Below, piece after piece: positions 50,391-61,385 of a stretch of DNA of 64,000 bases. The first letter of the stretch is position 1, and each line of letters opens with the position of its first letter. The translations under genes were made by a program, and so were the position numbers. Source of the stretch: Candidatus Eiseniibacteriota bacterium (GTDB taxonomy: Bacteria; Eisenbacteria; RBG-16-71-46); NCBI GenBank assembly GCA_031370785.1, contig JANMQY010000042.1, forward strand, positions 1-64,000. The letters run 5' to 3'. Under the pieces are notes generated by a model, which made no database searches, was not told the DNA's origin, and saw only the letters and a list, made by a program, of their open reading frames with translations.

Positions 50391-50849
50391 TCAACCGGCG
50401 AGTGCTTCCTTCACGAGCTTCGAGACCGTGCCGCCCTCGGCGCGGCCCTTGACCTTCGCCATCACCGCGCCGATCACCTTGCCCATGTCCTTGGGACCCG
50501 CGGCGCCGGTCGAGGCCATCGCCTCGCGCACGATCGCTCGCAGCTCATCCTCGGACATCGCCTTCGGGAGATAGCGCAGCGTGACTTCGATCTCCTGCTG
50601 TTCACGCGCAATCCGATCGGAGAGACCCAGCCGAGTGAATTCGTCGATCGACTCGCGGCGCTTCTTCACATAGCGCTGCAGCACTTCGACTTCGTCCTCC
50701 GCGCTCAGCGTCTCTTCCTTCGGCTTGCGGGTCTTGGCCTCCATCAGCGCGGACTTGAGCATGCGCAGCGTGCTCAGCGTGTCCTGATCCTTCGCCTTCA
50801 TCGCAGCGGTCATGTCGTTCTGGATGCGGGGCACGATCGAATCGCTCAT
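50391..50849 (-). CDS. GatB/YqeY domain protein
   Basis: AMKAKD, KKRRES, YLP, KDMGKVIG. Confidence 0.92.
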   Translation of the reverse strand: MSDSIVPRIQNDMTAAMKAKDQDTLSTLRMLKSALMEAKTRKPKEETLSAEDEVEVLQRYVKKRRESIDEFTRLGLSDRIAREQQEIEVTLRYLPKAMSEDELRAIVREAMASTGAAGPKDMGKVIGAVMAKVKGRAEGGTVSKLVKEALAG

Positions 50850-50908
50850 CGGGTCTCCTCGTGGAATCGTGACCGGGCGGACTTCGCCGGCAGGCGCGCC
50901 GTCAGGGT

Positions 50909-51997
50909 TCATCCGGCAACGGATTGAAATTCGAAGGCGGCCACCGCGCGCTCGAGCGCCTCGAGTGCGGCCGCGAAGCGCGGTGGCTCGTATCCAAGAC
51001 CGATGCGCACGCCGCGAGCATCGCCGAAGAAGCGCCCGGGCGCCACCGCAAGGTCGAATCGCTCGGCGGCAAAGGCCGCGAATGCATCGCCGGCTCCGGC
51101 CGCGCCGAAGTCGAGCCATGTGACGGTGCCGCCGGGCGCCGCGTCGGCGTGTAGCCACGGGTGCGCCGCCGCAAACGTGCGCCATCGCGCGTGGTTCTCG
51201 GCGAGGACGCGATGCGCGCGTCCGCGCAGCGTATCGAGGTGGGGAACGAGCGCGCGCGCGAATGCAATCGCTGGAAGCGAGGCCTGCACCGAGAGCGCGT
51301 TCTGGGCGTCCGCGACCCGGGCCAGCGTGTCCTGGTTCCCCGCGACCCAGCCGATGCGCAGGTCGCCCATCCCATAGATCTTGGTGAGAGTCGAGATCGT
51401 GACCCACGGCCCGCCTCGCGCGGCCATCGTGCCCGGCGCACGCGGACTCGCGTCGCGGAACGTCTCGTCGCACAGCACCGGCACGCGGCCGCGCGTGGCG
51501 AGGGCCTCGAGCGCTTCGGCGTCGCGCGGATCGAGCGCCACGCTGTCGGGATTGTGCAGGTCGCTGACCAGGATCAGGCGAGTGGTCGGACGAATCATTG
51601 GCTCGATGGCGGCGGCGAGTGCACCCGCCGTGCGCGGTCGCTCGAACGTGCGCACCGTTCGCCCGAGCACCACCGGGGCGACCCGGTGCGGCTCGTAGCC
51701 CGGCGACTCGACCAGCATCTCGGCGCCGGGCTCGACCAGCGCGAGGACCACGGCCGCGTACGCCTCACTGGCACCCGCGGTCACGACGACCTGGCCTCCC
51801 GGCGCCGCGATTCGGGCCGCCAGCTCGCGCTCCAGCGCCTCGTTGCCGGAGTGATACTCGCGCGGAAACTCGATCTCGTGCGGAAGTCCGAGCGCCGCGA
51901 GATCCGGCGTGGCGATCGCGCTCTCGGCGAGGCTGAAGCGGAGACGGCGCGGTTCGGTCTTGCTGAACGCCAGATGTTGAAGGCGTGGAGGAGCCAT
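50909..51997 (-). CDS. Class I/II PLP-dependent aminotransferase
   Basis: TAGASEA, PGYEP, HNP, DETF, STLTKIYG..LRIGW. Confidence 0.85.
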   Translation of the reverse strand: MAPPRLQHLAFSKTEPRRLRFSLAESAIATPDLAALGLPHEIEFPREYHSGNEALERELAARIAAPGGQVVVTAGASEAYAAVVLALVEPGAEMLVESPGYEPHRVAPVVLGRTVRTFERPRTAGALAAAIEPMIRPTTRLILVSDLHNPDSVALDPRDAEALEALATRGRVPVLCDETFRDASPRAPGTMAARGGPWVTISTLTKIYGMGDLRIGWVAGNQDTLARVADAQNALSVQASLPAIAFARALVPHLDTLRGRAHRVLAENHARWRTFAAAHPWLHADAAPGGTVTWLDFGAAGAGDAFAAFAAERFDLAVAPGRFFGDARGVRIGLGYEPPRFAAALEALERAVAAFEFQSVAG

Positions 51998-52143
51998 GGC
52001 GCGCGAGGGTAGCACGCGGCCGGGCACGCGGTCAGAATGTTGGGATCGCGCTTGACCTCGGACCCGCACATCCCGTTCCATGGCGCGCGTCCCTTTCGCA
52101 GGGATCCGATCCCTTTCGCCCCTGACCTCGACCCGAGGGTCCG

Positions 52144-54279
52144 ATGAATGATCTTTCGAGTGCGCTCGCGCGACGAATGCTCGCCGCGGCCCTGCTGTGC
52201 GCGACCATGAGCGCTCCGCGGCCCGCAGATGCCGCCAAACCCGCATACCCGACATCCCGGATCCAGGCCGTGGCCGACACGCTTCACGGCACCGTGCTGG
52301 TCGACCCGTACCGCTGGCTCGAAGATGGAGAGAGCGAGGCGGTCAAGCGCTGGAGCGACTCGCAGAACGCATTCACCCGCAGCGTGCTCGATCAGTATCC
52401 CGGCCGTGAGGCGCTGCGCGAGAGGCTGCGCTCGCTGTACGCGGTCACCACCACCGGAGATGCGCGGGTGCGCGGCTCCCGCCTGTTCTACTCGCGCCAC
52501 GTCGGCACGCAGAATCAGCCGGTGGTAATGCTGCGCGAGGGCGCGGGCGACGCGCGCGTCGCGCTCGATCCGAACACCCTGAGCAGCGATGGCACGGTGG
52601 CGCTCGACTGGATGTACTTCTCTCCCGACGGCGCGCGCCTGGCATACGGCACCTCGGCGGGCGGGAGCGAGCAGAGCACGCTGCGCGTGCGTGAGTTCGC
52701 GCCGGCCGGCGCGCCCTCCGACCTTGCGGAGGCAATTCCCAACACCGCGCACGCCAGCGTCGCCTGGGATCCGGACGGGCGCGGCTTCCTCTACACGCGC
52801 CATCCGGCCAGGGGCGAGGTTCCGGCGGGCGAGGAAGTCTTCCACGAGCGAGTGTTCCATCACCGGCTCGGCGACGATCCGGCCAAGGATCCGATGGTCT
52901 TCGGCGGCGAGGGCCGGCCCATGCAGGAGACGCGCAATGTGAGCCTTTCGTCCGATCGGCGCTGGGTGTTCCTGCAGCTCTCGACCGACTGGGCGAAGAA
53001 CGATCTGCTGGTCCGCCCGGCCGCCGGCGGCGAGTTCCAGCCGCTGGCGGCCGGACTGGACGGAACCGTGAACGGCGACAGCTGGGATGGGGTGATGTAC
53101 CTGATCACCAACGTCGGCGCGCCCCGCTACCGCGTGGTGCGGGCCGACCCGTCCCGTCCCGGCCCCGACGGATGGAAGGACGTGGTGCCGGAGCAGAAGG
53201 GCGTCATCGAGGACTTTCAGATCGTCGGCGGCAAGCTGGCGCTCGCGATCTCGGAGAACGCCGTGTCGCGCGTGGTGCTCTACGGACTGGACGGAAAGCT
53301 GGAGCGCGAGGTCGCGCTCCCGACGCTGGGCACGGTTTCGGGGCTTGCGGCGAATCCCGCCGGACACGAACTGTACTTCGGTTTCTCGTCGTTCGCGTTT
53401 CCGGCCACGCTCTACCGCTACGATTTCGAGCGCCGCGCGTTGGCGCCGATCGAAACCTCCGCTTCACCGTTTCGTGCCGCCGACTACGTGACCCGCCAGG
53501 AGTGGTTCACCTCGAAGGACGGAACGCGGGTCCCGCTGTTCCTCGTGCATCGCAAGGACCTCGAGATGGACGGGAACCGGCCCACCCTGATCACCGGGTA
53601 CGGCGGGTTCAACGTGAGCACTTCCCCGGGCTACCGCGCCGATGTATTCCCGTGGCTGGATGCGGGCGGCGTATACGCGAGCGTGTGCCTGCGCGGCGGC
53701 GGCGAGTTCGGACGCGCCTGGCACGAGGCGGGGCGGCTCGAGCACAAGCAGAACGTGTTCGACGATTTTCACGCCGCGACCGAATGGCTGGTGAAGTCGG
53801 GCATCACGCGCCCCGAGCGCCTCGCGGCGCGCGGAGGCTCGAACGGCGGACTGCTGGTCGGCGCGGTCGAGACCGAACGTCCCGAGCTCTACGGCGCGAT
53901 CGTGTGCCAGGCGCCGCTGCTCGACATGATCCGCTACCAGCGCTTCCTGATTGCGCGCTACTGGGTGCCCGAGTACGGCTCGAGCGAGGACCCGGCCCAG
54001 TTCCGCTACCTGCTCGCCTACTCGCCGTATCAGAACGTGCGCGACGGAACGCACTATCCCCCGACGCTGTTCACCACCGCCGAGGAGGACTCGCGGGTCG
54101 ATCCGCTGCATGCGCGCAAGATGGCGGCGCGGCTCCAGGCCGCCACCTCCGGCGACGCTCCGATCCTGATCCGGATCGAAAGCAAGGCCGGTCACGGAAT
54201 GGGCAAGCCGATCTCGAAGCGGATCGACGAAGCGGTGGACGTGCTCAGCTTCCTGTTCCTGCAGCTGCACGTGAGCTGA
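52144..54279 (+). CDS. Prolyl oligopeptidase (S9A) with signal peptide
   Basis: DPYRWLE, SKDGT, YGGF, RGGGE, GGSNGG, DSRV, GHG. Confidence 0.95.
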   Translation: MNDLSSALARRMLAAALLCATMSAPRPADAAKPAYPTSRIQAVADTLHGTVLVDPYRWLEDGESEAVKRWSDSQNAFTRSVLDQYPGREALRERLRSLYAVTTTGDARVRGSRLFYSRHVGTQNQPVVMLREGAGDARVALDPNTLSSDGTVALDWMYFSPDGARLAYGTSAGGSEQSTLRVREFAPAGAPSDLAEAIPNTAHASVAWDPDGRGFLYTRHPARGEVPAGEEVFHERVFHHRLGDDPAKDPMVFGGEGRPMQETRNVSLSSDRRWVFLQLSTDWAKNDLLVRPAAGGEFQPLAAGLDGTVNGDSWDGVMYLITNVGAPRYRVVRADPSRPGPDGWKDVVPEQKGVIEDFQIVGGKLALAISENAVSRVVLYGLDGKLEREVALPTLGTVSGLAANPAGHELYFGFSSFAFPATLYRYDFERRALAPIETSASPFRAADYVTRQEWFTSKDGTRVPLFLVHRKDLEMDGNRPTLITGYGGFNVSTSPGYRADVFPWLDAGGVYASVCLRGGGEFGRAWHEAGRLEHKQNVFDDFHAATEWLVKSGITRPERLAARGGSNGGLLVGAVETERPELYGAIVCQAPLLDMIRYQRFLIARYWVPEYGSSEDPAQFRYLLAYSPYQNVRDGTHYPPTLFTTAEEDSRVDPLHARKMAARLQAATSGDAPILIRIESKAGHGMGKPISKRIDEAVDVLSFLFLQLHVS

Positions 54280-54295
54280 GCGGTTGAAGTTCGGG

Positions 54296-54988
54296 TCAGG
54301 GGCGAGGGCCGAGCTCGCGCTCGAAGCCGATCGTGTAGATCACGTTGTCGAGATTCGTGAAGTCGTAGCGGCTGTTGCGCTCGACGCCGAGGCGCAGCCA
54401 GCTCTTCCTGATGTCGAACGCCCACCCCAGCGTCCGCCGGCTGGCCGGGGCGACAGTGGCCTGCACCCAGTCGTTGCCCTCGTTCGCGAGTCGCACGCGC
54501 AGCGGCACCACCCACAGGTCGTCTCCGCGCGGATCATGAATCACGGTTGCCGAGGCGAAGTTGTACGAGCCCCAGTAGTAGTCCGCGCCCGCACCGGCCA
54601 CCCACACCGTCGAGTCGCGCCCCACGATCGGGCTCAGCTCGAGCCGGCCGACGAGGTGATCCGTCAGCACCTGATCGGTGCCGAACGTGAAGCGCTCTCG
54701 ATGGTGCTCATGGCGCCACTGCGCGCTGTATACCGAGCGCCGCGCATCGCGCAGGTGAATGCCGAGCTCCGGGCGGAACTGGTCGTCGGTGTTCGGATCG
54801 ACGAAGTCCCAGTACTCGAGCTGGACGTGGAAGGGCCCACGCGTGCCGTAGGCGAGCACGTCGCGCAGATCGTTGTGGTTGCTGAACGCCCAGTAGCGAT
54901 ATTGAGCGCCGACCTTCCCCGGCGAGGCCGCGCCAGCGGAACAGACGGTCAGGAGCAGCAGCAGAAACGACAGGCTCAGGCGTCTCAT
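54296..54988 (-). CDS. Exported aromatic-rich protein, probable outer-membrane beta-barrel (YaiO-like)
   Basis: Signal peptide; repeated amphipathic strands rich in Y/W; ATGA overlap with the upstream GT2. Confidence 0.55.
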   Translation of the reverse strand: MRRLSLSFLLLLLTVCSAGAASPGKVGAQYRYWAFSNHNDLRDVLAYGTRGPFHVQLEYWDFVDPNTDDQFRPELGIHLRDARRSVYSAQWRHEHHRERFTFGTDQVLTDHLVGRLELSPIVGRDSTVWVAGAGADYYWGSYNFASATVIHDPRGDDLWVVPLRVRLANEGNDWVQATVAPASRRTLGWAFDIRKSWLRLGVERNSRYDFTNLDNVIYTIGFERELGPRP

Positions 54989-56232
54989 GCGAATCGGTCC
55001 CTCGGTCCGCGCCGTGGGCGCATGGAGCCGGTGACAAACCGGAACCAGAACCATACCAGCGCCGACAGCGTACGCAGCACGGTGTTGATCGCGCCGTAGA
55101 TCGGGTAGAAGAGCAGGACCCCGAGCGGCGCGCGCCGGTTGGTGCCCGGGGTGCGCACGATCGCGTAGGGATAGAGCTCGAAGGAAAGATAGAGCAGGTA
55201 GATCACGAGCCCCCACCAGCGCAGCGCCGGGGTCAGCGCGATCACGACGATCGACCACGTCTTGAGGGGATCGCTCACCAGCGTGTACAGGTTGTACGCC
55301 ATTTCGTAGCGCAGGCGCCACGGCGTCCCGCCCCGGAACAGCAGGCGCGCGAAATTCGCGAACTGATGGTACATGCCCGGATACCATCCGGTGAGCCGCT
55401 GACGCAACCACTGGCCGATGGTGGACGGCGCGACCGTCCACACCGCCTCGTTCGCGAACACGATCCGGTGGCGATTGAGCAGGTGGATGATGGTGCGCTG
55501 CAGGTCCTCGCCCTGGAATACTCCGGTGTGCTGATGGTGGTAGCGGTCGAGATCCTCGGTTCGGAACAGCCCGATCGCGCCCGAGACGCAGCTCACCGAC
55601 TGGGTCACGTCGTGGAAGCGCTTTCCGATCTCCATGCTCTTGCCGTACTCGTAGCGCTGGACGTGCCCGAGGAAGTTGTTGCCGCGCGAACCGTCCCGGT
55701 TGCGCCGGTCGGGAAGCACGTGAAAGGCCACCGCGTCGAATCCGTCGTCGCTGATCAGCGAAGTCGGGATGCGCGCCCCGCCCAGCCGGGTATCGTCGTC
55801 GAGCAGCAGGGTGAGCGGGGTCCGGACGCGGTGCACCGCGAAGTTGATCGCACCCGCCTTGCCCTTGCTCTTCTTGAAGCGATGCACCTCGCAACCCAGC
55901 CGGCGCGCGACGCCGCTGGTGTCATCGGTGCTCCCGTCGTCGATCACGATGACGCGCTCCCCGGGCAGGAACCGCGCGAGATCCGCGATGGTGCCGGGCA
56001 ATTCGTGGGCGCCGTTGCGCGAGGCGATGACCGCGGTCACCAGCGATCCGTCCGAGCGGAATTGCCGATCGTCACTCCGTCCGAGCAGCTCGATCATGAG
56101 CTTCACGAAGTCGACGAGCGCGCAGAACAGCACGACGAACAGAATTGTGTGCGACCAGCCTCCCATCCGTGTGGTTCCCTCCGACGCAGGCGCGATCCAC
56201 GCATTCCAGATGTGCCAGAGCGTTATCGGCAT
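54985..56232 (-). CDS. Membrane GT2, processive synthase-like (PgaC/IcaA/HAS type)
   Basis: N- and C-terminal TMs; [39 protein letters not shown]. Confidence 0.85.
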   Translation of the reverse strand: MPITLWHIWNAWIAPASEGTTRMGGWSHTILFVVLFCALVDFVKLMIELLGRSDDRQFRSDGSLVTAVIASRNGAHELPGTIADLARFLPGERVIVIDDGSTDDTSGVARRLGCEVHRFKKSKGKAGAINFAVHRVRTPLTLLLDDDTRLGGARIPTSLISDDGFDAVAFHVLPDRRNRDGSRGNNFLGHVQRYEYGKSMEIGKRFHDVTQSVSCVSGAIGLFRTEDLDRYHHQHTGVFQGEDLQRTIIHLLNRHRIVFANEAVWTVAPSTIGQWLRQRLTGWYPGMYHQFANFARLLFRGGTPWRLRYEMAYNLYTLVSDPLKTWSIVVIALTPALRWWGLVIYLLYLSFELYPYAIVRTPGTNRRAPLGVLLFYPIYGAINTVLRTLSALVWFWFRFVTGSMRPRRGPRDRFA

Positions 56233-56286
56233 CGCGGACTCCGTCCGTGAGTCGTTCGCCCGCACCGGCTTGCACGGCCTTCCGCC

Positions 56287-56315
56287 TTGACCGGCCGCGG
56301 CCCGGTCCCTACGCT
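56287..56315 (+). promoter_or_regulatory. Sigma70-type promoter for the carboxyltransferase
   Basis: TTGACC-17bp-TACGCT. Confidence 0.55.
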
Positions 56316-56351
56316 CCGCGCCGCCAACCGCATCCGTCCGAGGAGGGGTCC

Positions 56352-57902
56352 GTGAATCGAAAGGAACGCTTCGCCGAGCTCAGCCGGCGCCGCGAACAGG
56401 CGCTCGCCGGCGGCGGCGAGGAGCGCGTCGCGAAGGTCCACGCCAGCGGGCGCCTGACCGCGCGCGAGCGCATCGAGTTGCTGGTGGATCCCGGCTCGTT
56501 CGTCGAAGTCGGCACCTACGTCACCCATCGCACCCGCGATTTCGGGATGGACCAGAAGCATATCGTCGGCGACGGAGTGGTCGCGGGCTGGGGCACGGTG
56601 GAAGGCCGGCAGATCTACCTGTTCGCGCAGGACTTCACCGTGTTCGGCGGCACCATGAGCGAGGCCAACGCGAAGAAGATCTGCGCGATCATGGATCTCG
56701 CGCTCGACAACGGTGCTCCGATCGTCGGCCTCAACGACTCGGGCGGCGCGCGCATCCAGGAAGGCGTGCTCTCCCTGGGCGCGTACGCCGACGTGTTCCT
56801 GCGCAACACGCTGGCCTCGGGCGTGGTGCCGCAGATCTCGGCGATCCTCGGGCCGTGCGCCGGAGGGGCGGTCTACTCCCCCGCGATCACCGACTTCACC
56901 ATCATGGTCGAAGGGACCAGCCACATGTTCGTGACCGGGCCCGAGGTGATCAAGGCGGTGACCTCGGAGGAGGTATCGTTCGAGGATCTCGGCGGCGCGA
57001 TGACCCACAACTCGAAGAGCGGAGTCGCGCATTTCGCCGCCAAGGACGACGCGGATTGCATCCGGCACGTGAAGCGGCTGCTCTCGTTTCTTCCAGCCAA
57101 CAACGTCGAGGACGCACCGCGCCGCGCCACCAGCGACCCGATCGAACGCCGTGACGAGGCGCTGACCACGCTGGTTCCCGACGCGTCGGATCAGCCGTAC
57201 GACATGAAGGACCTGGTGCGCCGCGTCGTGGACGATGGAGACTTCTTCGAGGTTCACGAGCACTTCGCGCAGAATCTCATCGTCGGATTTGCCCGTCTCA
57301 ACGGACGCAGCGTCGGCGTGGTCGGAAACCAGCCGAAGGTGCTGGCCGGGGTTCTCGACATCGATTCCTCGGTGAAGGGTGCGCGCTTCGTGCGCTTCTG
57401 CGACGCGTTCAACATCTCGCTGATCACGTTCGAGGACGTGCCCGGATTCCTGCCCGGCACGCGCCAGGAGTGGGGCGGTATCATTCGTCACGGCGCGAAG
57501 CTGCTCTACGCGTACTGCGAGGCGACCGTGCCCAAGCTGACGGTGGTGGTGCGCAAGGCCTACGGCGGCGCATACGACGTCATGTCGAGCAAGCACATCC
57601 GCGGCGACTATAACGTCGCGTGGCCGAGTGCCGAGATGGCGGTGATGGGAGCGGACGGCGCCGTGAACATTCTCTACCGCGACGAGCGGGCAAAGGCGAA
57701 GGACCCGGTGGCCGAGCGCAAGCGACTGGTTGCCGAGTACAACGAGCGGTTCGCCTCTCCGTGGATCGCGGCGGAGCTCGGCTACCTCGACGACGTCATC
57801 GAACCGCGCGACACCCGGCCGAGACTCATCGCCGCGCTCGAAATGCTCCGCCATAAGCGCCAGTCGCTGCCCTTCAAGAAACACGGTAACCCACCGCTCT
57901 AA
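56352..57902 (+). CDS. Acyl-CoA carboxylase carboxyltransferase (PccB/MmdA-type)
   Basis: [49 protein letters not shown]. Confidence 0.95.
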   Translation: MNRKERFAELSRRREQALAGGGEERVAKVHASGRLTARERIELLVDPGSFVEVGTYVTHRTRDFGMDQKHIVGDGVVAGWGTVEGRQIYLFAQDFTVFGGTMSEANAKKICAIMDLALDNGAPIVGLNDSGGARIQEGVLSLGAYADVFLRNTLASGVVPQISAILGPCAGGAVYSPAITDFTIMVEGTSHMFVTGPEVIKAVTSEEVSFEDLGGAMTHNSKSGVAHFAAKDDADCIRHVKRLLSFLPANNVEDAPRRATSDPIERRDEALTTLVPDASDQPYDMKDLVRRVVDDGDFFEVHEHFAQNLIVGFARLNGRSVGVVGNQPKVLAGVLDIDSSVKGARFVRFCDAFNISLITFEDVPGFLPGTRQEWGGIIRHGAKLLYAYCEATVPKLTVVVRKAYGGAYDVMSSKHIRGDYNVAWPSAEMAVMGADGAVNILYRDERAKAKDPVAERKRLVAEYNERFASPWIAAELGYLDDVIEPRDTRPRLIAALEMLRHKRQSLPFKKHGNPPL

Positions 57903-57926
57903 AAGACTCACACCACATAACATGAA

Positions 57927-57960
57927 GGGGCCGGGCAGTCCCCTGCCCGTCCCCCTGTTT
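57927..57960 (+). terminator. Putative intrinsic terminator
   Basis: GGGG(C)CGGGCAG-TCCC-CTGCCCG(T)CCCC followed by CTGTTT. Confidence 0.55.
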
Positions 57961-58019
57961 CGCGACCCACGAGTATACGCGGCGAATGCCCGGCCCTCCA
58001 AGCGCGGATTCCGACCCGG

Positions 58020-59048
58020 CTAGACCACCAGCATCGCGTCTCCATACGAATAGAAGCGGTAGCGCTGCTCGATCGCATGGGCGTACGCGCGCCGCATCAG
58101 CTCCTCACCGGCAAAGGCCGCCACCAGCAGGAGCAGCGTGGTGCGCGGCAGGTGAAAATTGGTGAGCAGCGCGTCCACCGCCTGGAAGCGGTAGGGCGGA
58201 ACGATGAACTTGCGGGTCCAGCCCTCGGCGGGACCCATCGCGCCCTGGTTGGCATCGCACGCCGACTCCAGCGCGCGAACCGATGTCGTGCCGACCGCGA
58301 TGATGCGCCCACCTGCCGCTCGCGTGGCGACCAGCGCCGCAGCGGCCTTCGCATCGACCCCGAACCACTCCTCGTCCATGCGGTGGTTGCAGGGGCCGGC
58401 GGCGGTGATCGGGCGAAAGGTGCCGGGCCCGACGTGCAACACGAGCGGCACCCGTGTCACGCCGCGCGACTCCAGCCGCTCGAGAAGTTCGCGTGAGAAG
58501 TGCAGTCCGGCGGTGGGCGCGGCCACAGCGCCGTCGAGGCGCGCGAAGACGGTCTGATAGCGCTCCGCATCGCTCGGGTCGGCCGCCCGGTGGATGTAGG
58601 GCGGAAGTGGAATCGCACCGTGCGCGCGCAACGCGGCGTCGAGGTCGCCACGCACCACCCGGACCACGCGTTCGCCGTCTTCCCCGAGCTCGATCACTTC
58701 CAGCGACAGGTCGCCTTCCGCGCTCTGGAGTGTCCCTCCGCGAGGCGCCTTCTTCGCCGGACGGACCAGCACGCGCCACGCGCCATCTCGATCCGGCCGC
58801 ACCACCAGCACCTCGACTCGCCCGCCGCTCGGCCGGCGCAGCTCGAGGCGCGCTGGGCGCACGCGGGTCTCGTTCACGGCGAGCGCATCGCCGGGCCGCA
58901 GCCATGCCTCGAGCTCCGAGACGCGGGCGTCGTGAAGGGCGCCGCTGCCGCGCTCGACCACCAGCATCCGGGCGTCCTCGCGGCGGGCCGCGGGGCGCTG
59001 CGCGATCAACTCTTCGGGAAGCGGGTAGTCGAGATGGTCGAGACGCAC
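58020..59048 (-). CDS. queA: SAM:tRNA ribosyltransferase-isomerase
   Basis: LPEELIAQRP, PLPPYI, YQTVFA, AAPTAGLHF, LHVGPGTF, TNFHLP, FYSYGD. Confidence 0.97.
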   Translation of the reverse strand: MRLDHLDYPLPEELIAQRPAARREDARMLVVERGSGALHDARVSELEAWLRPGDALAVNETRVRPARLELRRPSGGRVEVLVVRPDRDGAWRVLVRPAKKAPRGGTLQSAEGDLSLEVIELGEDGERVVRVVRGDLDAALRAHGAIPLPPYIHRAADPSDAERYQTVFARLDGAVAAPTAGLHFSRELLERLESRGVTRVPLVLHVGPGTFRPITAAGPCNHRMDEEWFGVDAKAAAALVATRAAGGRIIAVGTTSVRALESACDANQGAMGPAEGWTRKFIVPPYRFQAVDALLTNFHLPRTTLLLLVAAFAGEELMRRAYAHAIEQRYRFYSYGDAMLVV

Positions 59049-59083
59049 GGAGGGAAGCGCTGGCGCGAGAAGGCGCGCGGCGA

Positions 59084-60160
59084 TCAGCGCAGCGGCAGCT
59101 CTGGCTGGTGCTCGTTCTCCCCCGCGGGGCGCGGAGGCTCGAGGCCCAGGTGCGTCCACGCGAGCGGCGTCGCTTCGCGCCCGCGTGCGGTGCGCTTGAG
59201 GAACCCTTCCTGGATCAGGTAGGGCTCGTACACGTCCTCGAGCGTGTCGGCCTCCTCGCCCACCACCACCGCCAGGGTCTGAAGCCCGACCGGGCCGCCC
59301 TGGTACTTGGTGATCAGCGCATCGAGCAGACGGCGGTCCATCTCGTCGAGGCCGCGCTCGTCCACCTCGAGCATACGCAGCGCATCGTGCGCCACGCGCT
59401 CGGTGATCACCCCGTCGGCGCGGATCAGCGCAAAGTCGCGCACACGGCGTAGCAGCCGGTTGGCGACGCGCGGCGTGCCGCGCGAGCGGCGCGCCAGCTC
59501 GAGAGCCGCCGCATCGTCGATCGTAACCCTGAGGATGCCGGCCGAGCGCCGCACGACGCGGCACAGGTCCTCGGGCGAATAGTAGTCGAGCCGAAGGGTC
59601 ACGCCGAAGCGCGAGCGCATCGGCGAGGACAGCAGCCCCGAGCGCGTGGTCGCCCCCACCAGCGTGAATTTCTCGAGGTTGATCTTGAGCGAGCGAGCAT
59701 TGGGACCGCGGTCGAGCAGGATGTCGAGCGTGAAATCTTCGAGCGCGGGATACAGGTATTCCTCGACCACCGGGCTCAGGCGATGGATCTCGTCCACGAA
59801 CAGGATGCCGCGCGGCCCGACGTTGGTCAGAAGCCCGGCGAGATCGCCCGGCCGCTCGATGACCGGGCCCGAAGTGTGCGTGATCTCGACCCCCAGCTCG
59901 TGAGCCACGATCGACGCCAGGGTGGTCTTTCCGAGGCCCGGCGGGCCGTGGAACAGCACGTGGTCCATGGCCTCGCCGCGGCGCCGCGCGGCCTCGAGGA
60001 AGACGCGCAGCTGCTCCTTCACCGTCGACTGTCCCACGAACTCATCAAGGGCCAGCGGGCGGAGGCGCTTCTCCTCCTGGAGATCCTCGGCGAACGGCTC
60101 GGGATCCGCGACGCGATGCGGAGGCGCCTTCTCGGATTTCGGCTCGGGGGCTTTGCTCAA
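59084..60160 (-). CDS. ruvB: Holliday junction helicase
   Basis: [33 protein letters not shown] start after GAGGAG. Confidence 0.97.
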   Translation of the reverse strand: MSKAPEPKSEKAPPHRVADPEPFAEDLQEEKRLRPLALDEFVGQSTVKEQLRVFLEAARRRGEAMDHVLFHGPPGLGKTTLASIVAHELGVEITHTSGPVIERPGDLAGLLTNVGPRGILFVDEIHRLSPVVEEYLYPALEDFTLDILLDRGPNARSLKINLEKFTLVGATTRSGLLSSPMRSRFGVTLRLDYYSPEDLCRVVRRSAGILRVTIDDAAALELARRSRGTPRVANRLLRRVRDFALIRADGVITERVAHDALRMLEVDERGLDEMDRRLLDALITKYQGGPVGLQTLAVVVGEEADTLEDVYEPYLIQEGFLKRTARGREATPLAWTHLGLEPPRPAGENEHQPELPLR

Positions 60161-60170
60161 TGCAATCTCC

Positions 60171-60809
60171 TCATCGCGACACCGCTGCGGACTTCCCGAG
60201 CGCCGCCAGTGCGCGTCGCACCAGCGCCTCGGCCGAGGACTCACCACCGGCATCGGCCGCACGTCGCACAGCTTCCTGCGCCTGGGCGGCAGTGTATCCG
60301 AGGCGGGTCAGCGCCGCGACCGCATCCTCGAAGCGCTCCGAGCGTGGCAGGATTCCCGGCTCGCGCGATCCGGCTGAGGGCTCGGCGAGCGTCGCCGCGG
60401 TCTCGAATCCCACCAGCTTGTCGCGCAGCTCCACCACCAGCCGCTCGGCGGTCTTGCGCCCGATGCCGGGAATCGCGACCAGCACGGCGACGTGCTCGTC
60501 GCGAATCGCGCGCGCCAGGGCCGCGGGGCGCAGTCCCGAGAGCACCGCGAGCCCGAGCCTGGGCCCGACCCCGCTCACTCCGATGAGCAGATCGAACAGT
60601 TTCTGCTCTTCGGGCTCGGCGAATCCGAACAGCTGGACCGCGTCCTCGCGCACCACCTGGCGCGTGCGCAGGAACACGTCTTCACCCGGCTTCGGCAACG
60701 TGCGAGCGGTGTGGGTCGAGACGCTCACCATGTATCCGACGCCGGCGCACTCGACGATGCACGACGCGGCGTCCTTCTCGAGCAGCGTGCCACGCAGGGA
60801 TGCGATCAT
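60171..60809 (-). CDS. ruvA: Holliday junction binding protein
   Basis: [29 protein letters not shown]. Confidence 0.97.
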   Translation of the reverse strand: MIASLRGTLLEKDAASCIVECAGVGYMVSVSTHTARTLPKPGEDVFLRTRQVVREDAVQLFGFAEPEEQKLFDLLIGVSGVGPRLGLAVLSGLRPAALARAIRDEHVAVLVAIPGIGRKTAERLVVELRDKLVGFETAATLAEPSAGSREPGILPRSERFEDAVAALTRLGYTAAQAQEAVRRAADAGGESSAEALVRRALAALGKSAAVSR

Positions 60810-61369
60810 CGCCCATTCCGCGCGCCGGCCGTGCGCCCGCGCCGGGCGAGCAGCGCGATCAGACTCTGGGCGGCGGCCGAGGCGGCCCGCGCCGCGGGCG
60901 GACGCTTCGAGCGATGCAAGTGGCAGAGCGCGGTCGCCAGGGCGTCCGAGGCGTCGGCTTCCAACGCTCCTTCGATCCCCAGCAGCCGGCGCACCATGAA
61001 CTCGACCTGTTCCTTCGCGGCGCCGCCGTTCCCGGCCACGCTGAGCTTGATCTCGCGCGGGGTGTACTCGGCGATGATCACGCCGCGCTCGGCCGCCGCC
61101 ACCAGCAGCGCTCCGCGAACATGGCCCAGCACCAGCGTCGAGTGCACGCTCTCGTGGTAGAACGCCTCCTCGACCGCGACGCATTCGGGAGCGAACTCGT
61201 CGATGACCTCGCCGGCGCGGCGTGCGATGGCGTGAAGGCGATCGGCGAGCGTGGCCTTCAGCGGCGGGCGGACCACACCGCGCGCGACGCAGCGATACTG
61301 GTTGCCGCTGCCCTCCACCACGCCGAAGCCGGTCCGTCGGCTGCCGGGGTCCAATCCCAGGACTCGCAT
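60806..61369 (-). CDS. ruvC: Holliday junction resolvase
   Basis: LGLDPG, VEE, GNGGAAKEQV, DASDALA. Confidence 0.97.
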   Translation of the reverse strand: MRVLGLDPGSRRTGFGVVEGSGNQYRCVARGVVRPPLKATLADRLHAIARRAGEVIDEFAPECVAVEEAFYHESVHSTLVLGHVRGALLVAAAERGVIIAEYTPREIKLSVAGNGGAAKEQVEFMVRRLLGIEGALEADASDALATALCHLHRSKRPPAARAASAAAQSLIALLARRGRTAGARNGR

Positions 61370-61385
61370 GAGGGTTCGGGCGCGC

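Noticed and set aside
60806..61369. RuvC as a Cas or transposon nuclease
   Set aside because: Canonical yebC-ruvC-ruvA-ruvB-queA context and normal length
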